Of a DNA stretch of 64,000 nucleotides, positions 50,320 through 63,621 are shown one piece after another. The notes under the pieces were generated by a model that worked only from the letters and a program-made list of their open reading frames with translations, ran no database searches and was not told the DNA's origin. The translations under genes and the position numbers were made by a program. Position 1 is the first letter of the stretch. Each line of letters begins with the position of its first letter. The stretch comes from Chrysomallon squamiferum (lineage: Eukaryota > Animalia > Mollusca): NCBI GenBank assembly GCA_012295275.1, contig CM022670.1, positions 2,852,001 to 2,916,000 on the forward strand, written 5' to 3'.

Positions 50320-50930
50320 CGTTAGCGGTGACGGCAGCAGCACTGGTTACTCCAACATCACGTCCAGACTTGTTTAGATTCTGACATGTTTGAGAAACGA
50401 CAATAATGTGATCGTAATTCCGATAAAAAACAACATCAGGATCCTCTATGGTTCCTTCATTTGCCTTGAAAGTTAATGAAGACATCAGCTATTGTAAATG
50501 TCGGTGAAATTGCTGTGTTTGTGAGCAGTTCGTTTGTTCTGTTTGAAAGCCGACAAATGAACATTAGATATGTGAATACATGCTCTGTTAATACCTTTTT
50601 TTTATCGCTTGCCTTTGTTGAGATTTACACTATTAACACTTAGCTTTACCGGTTTAGTTATGAATAATATTGTTTTGAAGGATGTCTAGCAGCTGAAATA
50701 CAACCTCAGCAGCAACTTCATATCGTCAGCGGGCTCAAAACACAGAACTTCATTAAATGACCTTGATACATTATAATCCACCTGAAATTCTAAACTGTCT
50801 CTGGCTTATCGACTGCAAGCCGGTTAGATCGACCTGGACTCCGGAGCCGAAGTCTTTGAAGATGAACGGCTTGATGACTGTTCCTTTTGTTAGTTGATGT
50901 CTAGATGAAATATAACAAGGCAGAGTTTTT
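50320..50930 (-). mobile_element. Decayed KRBA2/SCAND3-type (Ginger2/TDD-like) DDE integrase fragment
   Basis: The minus strand core (50681-50887) reads KGTVIKPFIFKDFGSGVQVDLTGLQS..FRWIIMYQGHLMKFCVLSPLT*/VAAEVVFQLLDI. This matches the recalled family consensus KGVVVKPILSKDFNSRGQVDLIDMQS..FKWIMVYQDHLTKFCVLRPL..AAEVAFQLLDIF. Stops and frameshifts are present. Confidence 0.8.
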
Positions 50931-51129
50931 TTTTGTTATTGTTGTATGCATTTGACTTTTATTTCATCTATTGTCACCTTTTTCTCATCATAAATTTTAA
51001 ATGTTTATTGTGTTTCCTTATTGTAATCTTCTTTAAGTTGTATTCTATTTCTGATTTTGGTTCTGAGCTATAATCTGAGATGTTTTGATAATTTGTAATG
51101 CACAAGCCTGAACTTTCATCTGTAGCATT

Positions 51130-51340
51130 CAGCGTCATGGGAAATGACGTTGGTCAGTGATAGAGCGACGCTAAAGGCAAGATGCGTCCAAGGGTGACTT
51201 CTCTTGGTGTATTTCACCGAGCCATATCTCTATACATTTCATATGCCACAACTTTAACAAAAAGCTGTATTAAACTGTCTAAATGATGGTGAATACAAAA
51301 GATCCCTTGCTACAAATCGGAAAACATGTTAGGCCTTGCT
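51130..51340 (+). mobile_element. Decayed tRNA-derived SINE (forward copy)
   Basis: TGGTCAGTGATAGAGCG head and ATACAAAAGATCCCTTGCTACAAATCGGAAAA core, resembling the recalled Meta/MESC-type central domain of molluscan SINEs. Confidence 0.55.
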
Positions 51341-51834
51341 ACTGCTAAAACAATATATTTTTAAAAAATAAAACACTAAATCAAATTCTATGCTAACTCC
51401 AGCAAACCAAGAGCATAAACTCTTTATTGTTCTGTGATCAAAATTCCTTCCTTGTTTATCTGCCCTTGTTTATTTGTTCATATCGCACCTGGCACAAGAT
51501 AATTTGATAATGCTTAATGAAATAACAAGAGTAACCATTGTTTTTCTTTCTTTCCGTCTTCTTCTTCTCAATTATTATGTAAACTGCCGCCAGAAAAGCA
51601 AAGCCACAATTTCCAAAGGAGCCCTAATAGCGAAAGAATCAATCGGAGCTGTTTCCATTAATCCTCATACTCATATTTAAAAAAAAATAATAAAAAATAA
51701 AAAGATAAAATTTCATTTAAATTAATTTATCTTTTAATGTTCATCGGAAATTCCATTTTTATAAAAAAGGAAAAAGAAAGAAACAAACCAACAAAAATAA
51801 AAAAAAAGAAGAAAAACAAAAATTCCTCTTCGAT

Positions 51835-51973
51835 GAAAGGCCCGCCATATTGTGATACGAGTTACGGTTCTTGACCTACAAGGTGAAGGCTAAATTTAAT
51901 ACCTGTCAATTATTTTTAATTTGTTAAGGATAATCAGTCCTAGCAAGTAAATAAGTAATAGCAAAAGGTAAGT
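51835..51973 (+). promoter_or_regulatory. Probable promoter and non-coding first exon of the P450 gene
   Basis: CpG-containing segment with a YY1-like CGCCATATT (~51844) and a consensus donor AAG|gtaagt at 51967/51968. The first coding exon has its own acceptor (tag 53421-53423) upstream of the ATG, so an upstream UTR exon is required. Confidence 0.5.
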
Positions 51974-53451
51974 TTTTGCGATTTGTTTTATATCGAAACA
52001 TTGTAGAAAGGGACTGATGACAGGCAGATTTTTAATACAGATGAAATGGCCTTCTTTTTATTTGTTGTTCTCTTTCTTTCTTTTTTTTTCTTTAAAAGAA
52101 AAAACGTGTACCTGAATATATAACATTGTTTCTGGTAGGTATGTGACAACAGACGTAAGTGCACCGTTGCGGAAGGTCGTTCAGTCGTTGTGACGCATTT
52201 CTTCTTTCCCTGAAGAAGTTGTTCCCTCAATCGCGCTTCTGTATGCTCATTAGTTTTATATAATTTCAAAAACAAAATCAGTCACGTCGTAGTATACATA
52301 TTCAGCTTTAACACAGTATTCCTTTTTTGACATGTCATCTTTGATAAATAACGAAGAATCAACAAATTTACCGTTTCAAAATGATCGTCGTGGTCCAATG
52401 TAAACTTAACTGAGACTTTAAATCATATACAAATTACAGGTTATGCATTTCTCTCAGTCTCTTAGACTTAGTCAGCCAAATTTCATTCAAACATTTAGAG
52501 TAGCATATAATAATTTTGGATACCAGAACCTGTGGTGTTCTCAGCAAACTATGCAAATGAAAACGACGTGGCCACAGTTGATGTCTTACAAGTTCAATGT
52601 CATGTTTAATTTATTGAGTCACCAAGTACTTATATGACATAATGCTTGGACTATTTGTCATGTGTGGTATGATGTTTCTGAACCTGTCAAAAACTGTTTT
52701 CAGATATAATTCATAGAAGCTGGTTTGATTTTTATGAAGTCATTGAGAATTACATAATTAAGGCGCACAGTAAATTTAGACTCATTAATGTGATTAATTG
52801 ATTAAAATTCATGAGTATCAGCAATTTGCTTTATCAAATGCTTCATTTTGTAATATAATACTTGTAAATTGGATTATAACTGTAAGATGTTCAGTGTTTA
52901 TGTTGCAAAATGACAGAAATGAATTAGTTTCTCCAAAGATTATGAAGGAAAAATTCCTTAATGTGTTATTCAGATAAAATTTTTAAAAAAATGTTCATAT
53001 CTATGCTGTCATTTTAAAATGCATTTTTTGATGATGCATAATCATTTAGGAAAATGATATTTTTGGGGAGGAATGCAGAAGAGAAAACATACATATATTA
53101 ATTGATCACCTGTTGTTTTACATATATTTTTATATTCAGTTAACACGTCATTTAACAGCATCTTTTTTTTCTTTCTTTTTTCCGGGGTTTTTGTACTTGA
53201 AAAGGCTGTGTCTGTATTTCGTGTTTACTGCTTTTTTTCAACTAACAAAGACATCTGAATCACAAAATAAAATCATATTCACATATTGTACACATCAATA
53301 TTTAATTATAGTTATATCAAACATAGGTTTTTTTTTTTTTTTTTTGTATTCTTGAATGTCTCTGTTTTATAGTTTTTGTATTTTTTCTTGTTTCAGTGTT
53401 TTTTGTATTTGTTTATTTTGTAGATATAACTGTAGCAATATTAAAAGAGCT

Positions 53452-53625
53452 ATGCTTGAGACACTCCAGAGTGTGTATGCTGAAGCTAAAGTAGTGGTAA
53501 CATGGAGGAACGTGGCAATCTACAGTGTTATTGCTCTTCTAACATGGCTGCTGTACAGACTCATCATTGAACCATACTTGTCTCATCTCAGAAAGGTATT
53601 CTTCAGTATCAGTATTTTCAATTAT

Positions 53626-53679
<54 letters not shown>

Positions 53680-56600
53680 TATATCTGAGCAATCTATGTT
53701 AGTATGAATGAAAAAGAAAGATATACAACAATATTGTCTAAAATTATTTTTCATTAAAATATTACTTAATATGTATTTGTACTGAATAGTTCATCATTAC
53801 AGTTTAAATGTAATCATTCCTTTGTTCCAGTTATTTTAAGGCCTGCATAATTATTTAAATGAAATGTAAAATTATGGTGTCTTGTGTGTTCCACAGATTC
53901 CAGGCTTACCAAGAACCAGCATATTTATGGGCAACATGAAGGAAATTTTCAAGGGAGAGCCAGTGGACCCTATTGTTAAGTAAGATAAAATAACGAAAAT
54001 ATTTTTTAAGAATTCCACTTTCTATTTTCCAGTAAACATTTCATATTAAAGAAAAAATTTAATTAAAATTTGTCAAGCTGTCATTTTCTACACGTTGAAA
54101 CACTTTCGATGTCCTTTCTTAAAAGAAGGAAAATGATTTATTTTTTATTATTTGTTTTAACTGTACAAATAAAATGATAAATTTGTGTATATACACATTT
54201 GCTTCCATATATCAATGTACATACTTTTTACCAAATAGGTTTCCACCACAAAAAGATAAAATTTAGTTGTGAAACCTTGATCCAGAGTATATATGAACAT
54301 TTTAATATTTAAATGAACATTGAGTAAATTTTCATATACTGATTACAGTTGGGTTAAAGAAATGAAATCTGGATTTTTCCGCTACCATCATGTCCTAGGT
54401 GAGCAGCGGATTCTAGTGGCAGACGCAGATATAATGAAACACATTCTTATTACAAGAGCCAAGAATTATGAAAAGCCTGCCTTTTTGTACAGGTAACTGA
54501 TGTATTTGTTACTTTATACACAATATTATGAACACAGCAACACCAGTTGTACTTGTAACCCCTTCTAATAGTTTAAATAGCAAAAGTGACATTTATTTTT
54601 GTTTTCAGTTGGACAAAATATAATAGTAAATTCTGTATCAAATATGCTGTGGGATAAGTTGTCTTCAGTGAAAAGTTAAGCCTGTTTTCTGTTCTTCCCA
54701 CTACTTTCCTTATCCTAAATTCTGAATGTTGAAAAGCTCCGAAATCCGAAACTTTTTCGAGCAGCAGAAATAATAATATCTTACAGTTTTCAGAAGTTTC
54801 TGCATGCACAAACCATATTTTATGCACAAAATTATTAAAAATATTATTTTAAAAATCCTGCAGATTATTGGTGTAAGCTGTAAATGAAAAATAAATGGAA
54901 TTCATATTTAGATGTAGATTCTATTCTATTCTCAAAATCTCAAATATTCTGAAATCTGAAAGACTGAAGCATTTCAGATAAAAGATTCTCAACCTGTATA
55001 TACTTATGTGTTTTGTTTTCTTTGGAGAATTAGTTGTTGGTACTTTGTAAGCATGCTGGTATAGCTTAGTCTTTCATATCTGTTTTTACTGACACTGAAA
55101 CCAGTCACTATTAAAGTGTTGTGTTTGCTTTGTATTTGAAGATTTGTTTTGTTATAAAAAAAGAAAGAAAGATGCTCCAGAACATGGCTGATGTACAAGT
55201 ATAATGATGAACATACTCATCTGTATTTAGTATTAATTTATTTATTTGATGATAAACATTTTAAATGGAATAAATAATACATTTAAGTGGACTGTAATTT
55301 TTATTTTGTTTTTATCTAGGATTCTTGAGAATTTCACTGGCAGGGGTCTGCTTAATTTGATTGGAAAGGAACACATAATGCAGAGGAAATTATGTATGCT
55401 CTCGTTTAAAATGGCTGTACTGCAAAGTATGTTGGATGATTTTATTTTGTTTTAAAACCCCAAAACCAACAAAACATTGTGTATGTGTGTTGGATGGTAA
55501 ATTTAAAATTTTAAAATATGTGGTTATGAATAAAACACACAGATTCAGGATTATTTTATTTCATTTTATTTTACTTTATATATATATAATCATAATAATG
55601 TATAATGTTTCATATTTTATTTTTTAAAGACATGATTCCAACAATGCAGAAACACACAGAAGAGTTGATAGGTTTGTGGAAAAGCCAGATTGAGAATGAT
55701 CCTAAAATTCAACTTGAGGTTGGAGAGGACCTTCAGAGAATGGTTAGAATTAATATAACTTTATCATAACTTTTCTTTTTTCAAAAGAGAAATTTCAGTT
55801 TTCCAAAATTAAAAAATATAATGCAGTAAATTAACTGGTAAAACTTAAAAATAAAAATATGACAGTCAAAAAGGAAGCTTTAGATTTAATATCTTGGTTC
55901 ATATCTTCATTATATTTTAATTTATGTTTCTATATTTTAAAAATGTTTTCAGACTATGGACACCATATCAGATTGTGCTTTTGGATATAACACAAATGCT
56001 CTTCTTGATCCCAATAATCCTTTGACAAAAGCTCTTGGATTCATGTTAATGGAACTAAAACCAAAGTAAAATCATTTTAATTCATTCTAAGTATAGTTAT
56101 TTAACTTAGCACAATTCCATAGTTATCTATCTCGATTTTAGAATTGTAATACAACTGTAAAAACAATTTTATTTTGAGTATGGATATTAAATGTAAGATA
56201 ACTTTGTAGTTATTTAACTTGTAATGTTACAATTGCATTGCAAGTCAGTTTTGTCAGCATTTTTCTGTATATTTGATATTATCTATGCAAAAAATATTTA
56301 TTGATTTATTATGTGTAACAAACTGATTTTGATGAAAGTAACATTTATAATACTATGTAAGTAGATTTGTTGGTGTATGTGTGTATTGATATAGAATACA
56401 GTATGAATATTTCAATAGTCTTAAACTACTTGTGTAAGTTTGCTTTCAAAAATGACTTTTAGGTTGTTTCGTATACTTTTTCCAACTCATTATTCCAAGT
56501 TGCCAATCAAGAGTAACAGAGATTACAAGAAGTATAAAAAGCAAACAGATGAACTTATCAAGGATGTAATAGAAAGCAAGAGAGCTCATCTGAAGGAATC

Positions 56601-58879
56601 AGGTATGTAACTTTCTGAATGAATAATATGGAATCCTTTTTGTGTATAGGCATGTTTTTATTCACTTTGTTAAATGTACAGTTATAAAATCTTTCTGGAT
56701 AAATTGATAGACATTAAATTCTTAGTATTTTATATCAAATGTTTAAAAAGGACTATTATAATGTTATATCCTTGATTTCTTTTAAAATGCAGGTTTTTTA
56801 AAATTATATTTTAAGGGTTTAGACCCAACCTGGTCTAATTCATATAACTTTGTTTTGGAGACAAATATAGACTATTCTTTCACTGATGGATTTGACCAAC
56901 ATCTGTCATCTGTGTGATGCAAATCCATTTTTTTCTTATTTCTTTGGCTTCTAAACCCTTCATTTAGTAAATTAACTGCAATAACAGTTTTTCCAGAAAT
57001 CTACAAATTGTCCATCTTGAACCAAAACCTAACCAAAGAAAGCATGATTCTTGTACCGGGTTTAATTTTGTTTCTAGATGAGTCTAAATTTACTGACCTC
57101 CTCAGTGTCCTCCTCCTGGCTCGGGACACAGAGACTGACCAGCAGTTGTCCTCACAGCAGCTGCGGGATCACGTGATGACCTTTATGATCGCTGGACATG
57201 AGGTTTGTGCGAAATATAATGAGGCAGTTTTTATTTTATTCTAAACATTTATCGATACCTTTTTATCATTCATATCTAACATACAAGTTTCCTTCCATTA
57301 TTCATTAATTTTGTTATATTTCATTACAGTAATGATATTCAAGATAGCCAGATGTTGTATTTTTCAGATTTCAAACATAATCGGTTACTTTTCTTTTATT
57401 CTTGCAATTCGTTAATCAACTGGTATTTGACCATATTTCATATATTTTCACCCTTTTTTTTTTTCCCCAGTAATTATAATTGTTTATTGTGCTTTCTTAC
57501 ATTTTTTTTTTTTATATATTTTTTTTTGAGATGTTTTTTTATTTAGAAAATTTACTTTGGCTAAGATTTATTTTTATTTTCAGACAACCTCAACACAATT
57601 GTCATGGACACTTCACTGTTTGGCCAATAGACAAGATATACAGGCCAAGGTTCGTGAAGAATTAACATCAGTATTGCCACCCAAAGGAGAGATGGTCACT
57701 TTTGACCACCTGGAAAAACTGACCTATTTGACAGCTGTATTGAAAGAAACACAAAGGTAGGAAAATACTGCACACTTTTAATTTAAAATTAGCTTAATCA
57801 CATTGTAGTATTGTGAACTGCATCGAGACAAATCTAGCCACATTGCGTCAAATTAAGTTAATCCTCATTAACTAAATCTTGTCTCTTACGGAATCATTTT
57901 GAACACAAACATTTTGCAGTATTGACTTGTTCTTCAACTTAAATGGACTTGAATCTTGCTTAAAGATTTGTCCAGTTGATAGAAATTGGTCAATTATTTC
58001 TAGATATTTTTTGAAAAATATAATTTTAACTTAATTCATTTAAAATTATTTCAGATTTAGTAAACATTAGTGACCTTGGACAGTTTAATATTTAAAAAAA
58101 AAAAAACAGTTCTATAATAAAAGTCTTTAAATCTGTGCAGACTGTATCCATCGATTGGTATGACATTCAGACAGGCAGTGAATGATGATGTCATTAATGG
58201 TTACTTTATACCAGCTGGAACTGTCTTCAACTTGAGTATGGGAGCAATGCAAAGGTAAAAATAACAATAATTATAATTTTGGGTAGGTGATATATCCAAC
58301 CAAGTAATTTTTCTATTGTCCAGAAAAGATAATTACAAATCAATATATGCATCATTAAGTTATTGATATTATCTTTATCCATTCTTCTTATTATTATATA
58401 TATTTTTGATTTAACTGCATATTTACCAGGAATATTTTAAAATTCAAACTGGTAGATACCAGTGAAACAAAGATGTTGAGATTAAAGAAAACTTATTAAA
58501 ACAGTAAAAAAACTTATTTAGTGGCATTTAATATTTTAGTAAGATGACATTTTATTTTTATTAATATTTAATTTTTATATTGTTTATTTAAACTTTTCTG
58601 TTTTTCAGGAGCCCACTCATTTGGGATGATCCAGAGGAATTCAAACCAGAAAGGTTTCTGAATGAAGAGGACATCAGACCCTACTCCTACTTGCCTTTCC
58701 TGGCTGGCTCTCGAATCTGCATTGGAAAGAAGTTTGCCATGATTGAAATGAAAACAGTCCTTGCACTGTTGCTTCAAGAATTCACATTTTCTCCCGTTCC
58801 TGACATCACTTACAAGAAACGACAGTTCGTCACCATAAGGCTTGATCCTATGCTGAAACTGACAGCAGAAAGTGTTTAG
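53452..58879 (+). CDS. Microsomal-type cytochrome P450, 11 coding exons (53452-53595, 53897-53979, 54349-54492, 55320-55426, 55630-55742, 55953-56065, 56463-56602, 57078-57202, 57584-57756, 58141-58254, 58609-58879); 508 aa
   Basis: All junctions are GT-AG and phase-consistent; the total is 1527 nt. Motifs: N-terminal anchor followed by IPG, I-helix TFMIAGHETTS, K-helix ETQR (ExxR), FKPERF, and heme signature FLAGSRICIG. The family number cannot be assigned from sequence alone. Confidence 0.95.
54708..54998. mobile_element. pogo/Tigger-type non-autonomous DNA transposon (Tigger4/Zombi-like) in P450 intron
   Basis: Right end AAGCATTTCAGATAAAAGATTCTCAACCTG (ends 54996) followed by TA. Internal ATGCACAAAATTATTAAAAATATT and GCTCCGAAATCCGAAACTTTTT resemble the recalled Tigger4 consensus. 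The left TIR is degraded. Confidence 0.65.
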
Positions 58880-60868
58880 AGTACTCGTGAAATATTTGAA
58901 ATATTTTGCATTTTTATTGTTTCATGTGATAATATGATGAACATCCTGTTTTGAACATTATTGTCAATGTGCTCTTGTTATATAGGAATGAATTTATTTT
59001 TGTAATACTATCTGCTTTAACAAGGAGATTACAATCTGTTAACTGTTACTAATCTGGGATGGAATTAATCTCTGATTTGGTTTTCTGTGCTCTGCCAAGT
59101 TTTAGATTCAATACCAGTTATAAAAACACTGATTGCTCAAGCTGTGAATAATTTTTTTGCAATAATTGAATTATGTCTTTGAGACTATTGTTCTTTTACC
59201 ATTTTACTGTACATCGTGTCTAAGTATAAAGTTTATTTTTAAATTCTTAAATACACTTTTCTGTGTAATATTAATTTTTGTTAATGACTGTTTATGCTAA
59301 TCATAACTTCATCATGTCTTTCATAGATTTTCTCGCTTTAAGGTTTTTAAAATATCAGATATAATGTATTGGGATTTCACAGATTATTGATTTGATTTTT
59401 AATTTTTTTTTAAAGTACGCCTGATATTTTGTCTAGTATTTTTAGCAGACTTTCTGTTAAAATACTGAATCCTGTTTTTGTTGCATTTCTTTTATCCATG
59501 CTCAAATAACCAGAACATTTTACTCTAATATTTAATTGTGATATAAGTTTTATATTTTTATCTTTGAATTCAGTAGCAATACTAGAATTACTAATATTGT
59601 TTAATGTAATTTAACACTAACAAAGTTTTTAATAACTTTGTTTTAGACCCGCATTTTGACTTACATGTGCACGTTCTATTTTGTATGTAATTATACATAT
59701 CTATTTTTACATTCTTTTTTAATAGTAATGTATGCAGCTGATGCATTTAAATTGCAAATAAACTGTTTTTTATTTTGGTAGTTTGGGTTTTTAGTTTTAA
59801 TTATATATTTAAAACAAATCCAGACTTATCCACTAATTCAGGTTTGGCAGTACATCAAATAGGATAAATGTCATGTAATTTGTATTCATTTTGTTTGTGT
59901 CCACTGAACTTAGTGTATTGCACTGTATGTTTCATGATATAGTTTGTGGATTTGTCTACCTCAAGCAGATTTGTCTAATTTGGTAGAAGCATTAGGTATT
60001 ACATAGTGCTTCTTAAATGAAATTCAAAGACATTGTTTAGATTTATGTGCCATTTTGTTACCTTTCAGAAAATGTATGTATGTCACATATTTCATTCACT
60101 TGCTCAGTCGTATTATTGAAAAAATAGCATTTGTTAAAATTAAATACATAGCCAGATTCTGAGTGATATTATTCTGTTCCCTGTTGTTGGATGTTTCACT
60201 TACTAATTTCTAAATTTATCAGCTACAATTTTGCATTAAGTTTTAAATTAAATCTTTAATAATGATGAATTTTAATAATAAATTTTGAGATGGGGGGATA
60301 TCATTGTAACTTTGTGTTATTGAAAAAAACATGAATGTAAACTGATTGTTCTAATCTAGTGGAAGGTTTGTAAAAATTATATGCTGCTATTTTCAAAAGT
60401 AGCACATAGGCGTGCAACAACCCATTTTCTTTTTCTCATTGTCATTGAGCATAAAAATAAAAATATTTTTTTTTAAAGTATTTCTAATATTTGATCAGCA
60501 CAATATCACAATAATAACTGATTATCCTATCGGGGGAATGAAGTTGAAAACAAAAAATCAGGTGTGATTCATATTTTTATACTCTGGTATATATTCATTT
60601 TAATAGTCAGATATATATATATTTTGTATTATAAGGAGATTAAACAAAAAACTAAATTTTTATTGCATATATGTTTTGTAACTGACGTTATTGGTTTATA
60701 AAATTATTTTTAAAGACAATAAAGAACTGAACAGGTAACTTCTGTACGTTTCATTGTTAGGGAATTATCTCCCTTGAATATTATTATTATTAACGTTATT
60801 TTTGTTTTTATTTGTCATGATGCAATGAACTGAAACAAAAGAAGAAATAGACCATACATTTTCATTTT

Positions 60869-60910
<42 letters not shown>

Positions 60911-61059
60911 TTCTTGGTGTATTTTAATTATATGTGTATTTTATATCCAAAAGTGTATTTTAATTCTAGATATATTTAAATTACTTTTCATTCAAGATGT
61001 ATTTTTAGAACTAGATATTTTTAATACAAATCTATTTTAATTCAGTATATTTTATGATT

Positions 61060-61195
61060 TGAATTCAAACTATTTAATTCTCATATTTTGTAACTTTACA
61101 GGTTTTTTTTAAATTCCAGATGAATTCAAACTATTTAATTCTCATATTTTGTAACTTTATGTGTTTTTTTTAAATTCCAGATGAATTCAAATTCA
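61060..61195. repeat. Tandem duplication, 2 x ~61 bp
   Basis: TGAATTCAAACTATTTAATTCTCATATTTTGTAACTTTA..AAATTCCAGA occurs twice in tandem. Confidence 0.9.
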
Positions 61196-62509
61196 GTGAC
61201 ATGTTCATTTGTCTGCTGCTAACTCAGGATGCTGATAAATAATTACCTTTTGTCCCATTCCAAACATCAACTATAAGAAACCTGTAAACAGTTATAAATA
61301 TCAAAAACTGATCTGTCACAGGTGACAGCTGAAATCATTTCCTGACTCTTGGGCACCTCACTGCAGTAGAGATGAGTTGAATTTTTTTTTTTATCACTTA
61401 CTGCATTATCATTATGTTGTTTTTATTTATCTAACATTTTGTTTCACTTGAAATCCATTCTGATGTTTTTTTTTAGTTTGTTTGCTCACTTCTATATATC
61501 CAAACTGGTTTCAGATTTAATGTTGTAATTGTCTTCAAACTTTTTTTTTTTTTTTTTTTTAATTATTTATTTGTTTTTTTTGATTGATGGCCTCATGGTC
61601 AGTTCATATGTAAATAATTTCATTGTTGCTAACACAAAGCTATGTAAATATTTGATATGAGTGTAATCTACATGTTTTTATATATTTGAATATTTCAGTA
61701 TTAACCAGCTACAGTCTTATTAAATGAATATTTATTTATTGTTGTTGTTGTTGCTACTGCTGGTGTTTCTATTATTATTCTTATTGTTTTTGTGATGGTG
61801 ATAGTGTTTTGGCAGTGGTGCTAAGAATGTGTGTTGTTGTTGTTGTTGTTACATGAAGTGGCTGTAGAATTGTGGATAATATCAACATTCTTGAAATAGT
61901 CTCTGAAGTGTATATAATATTATTTGTATTTTATGCTCCAAAGTGAAATATTAATTTAACTTAAAACTTTGAAAATAAAATACTGAAAAACAAAGTTATT
62001 ATTCAAGAATTTAAAAACAAATTTAAAAAAAAGAAAAAAAAAGAAACACAAATCCAAACAAACAAATGAAAAATAACATTTATGAAGTTTAAAATTTTAC
62101 CCATTCAAGTAAATAAAATTTTATTTTATGCTTTAAAGATATTTATTATCCTGGGAAAGATAAAAAAAAGAACAGTAATATTGTCAAAATGCCTGCATGA
62201 TGTACATTTTGTAACAGAAAAAAAAAAAGACTTACATTTTTCTTGTCAGGTCTGATCTATCATTAAATCCTACCAATTGGATATTAAGTTACAAAAAATA
62301 ATAACAGGAATAAATAAAAAAAAATAAAAAAAATTAGGTTTATTTCCAGACATGTTCAGGTCAGTGAACTTTGATGGTGTCAGAATTGGTTTCAAGTTTT
62401 GAAGCCAGTAAACTGAATAAATTGACAGTTGTAAGATATTATGACACATTTTTTTTTTTTATGTCAGTTTAGATACCTGAGTACATCATAATTTAAAATG
62501 AATAGAAGT

Positions 62510-63260
62510 TATTTATTTTTATCCACTGTCTATTATCAACAAGACAGCACATACCAAAGTCTTTTGTCATGTGATTTAGCATGAAGCTGTAATCAACAAA
62601 TTTATTTATTCATTATTTTTTCTTGACAACACAGCATGTACCTAATCCTTTTCACAGCTAACTTGAAAAAAAATTCTGTTTCTGCTACATCCTAGATGAC
62701 TGCAACTTCTTAGATTAACCTGAAATACTTCATTAACTTCAAAACTTCATATTATGATTTAATATTAAAATGTCACAGACTAATGATGTATTAATGAACC
62801 TATTTTATCTGACAATTGTTATTATTCATCCAGTGAGACAACACAGCACATACCAGTGTCTTTTTGTGACCAAGCTGAAACTAATCCACATTTTTTTTAG
62901 TTTCATCCTAGATAACTCAGTTTTCTTACATTAACTATAATGATTTTGAAATTTGATTTAGTATAAAATTGTACATGATAAATATATTTATTCATTCACT
63001 ATGATGATACAGCACATACCAAACCCTTTTATAAACAAGTTGAAAATAATCCACGTTTTTTGTTTGTTTCACCCTAGATAACTCAGTCTTCATACCTTAT
63101 TTTATAATGTGATTTATTGTGAAACTTTGACAAACAAAAAATATTTACCCATCATCTTTGACAGCACAACACATACCAGTGCTTTATGCAACCATTATCT
63201 TGAAAATAAACTTCTTTCTTAGTTTCACCCGAGGTATATCTCACTTCTCCCATTAACCTT
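62510..63260. repeat. Old degenerate tandem repeat, ~5 units of mostly 165-210 bp
   Basis: A recurring ACAGCACATACC-like core at ~62545, 62630, 62843, 63009 and 63170. The last four are followed by a CA(T/C)CCTAGAT(A/G)ACT-like block. Confidence 0.75.
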
Positions 63261-63409
63261 GATAAAGCTGAAAGTAGGTCTGGCAGGTATCCAGAAAACT
63301 TGGTAAACTTTGTAACACAAACTACTGTACTGGGTGAGTGCAGAACACAGTGAGAGGTCATTCACCTGTTTTTCTTTATTATGCTTTTTTAATTTCTTTT
63401 TTAGTTTGT

Positions 63410-63621
<212 letters not shown>

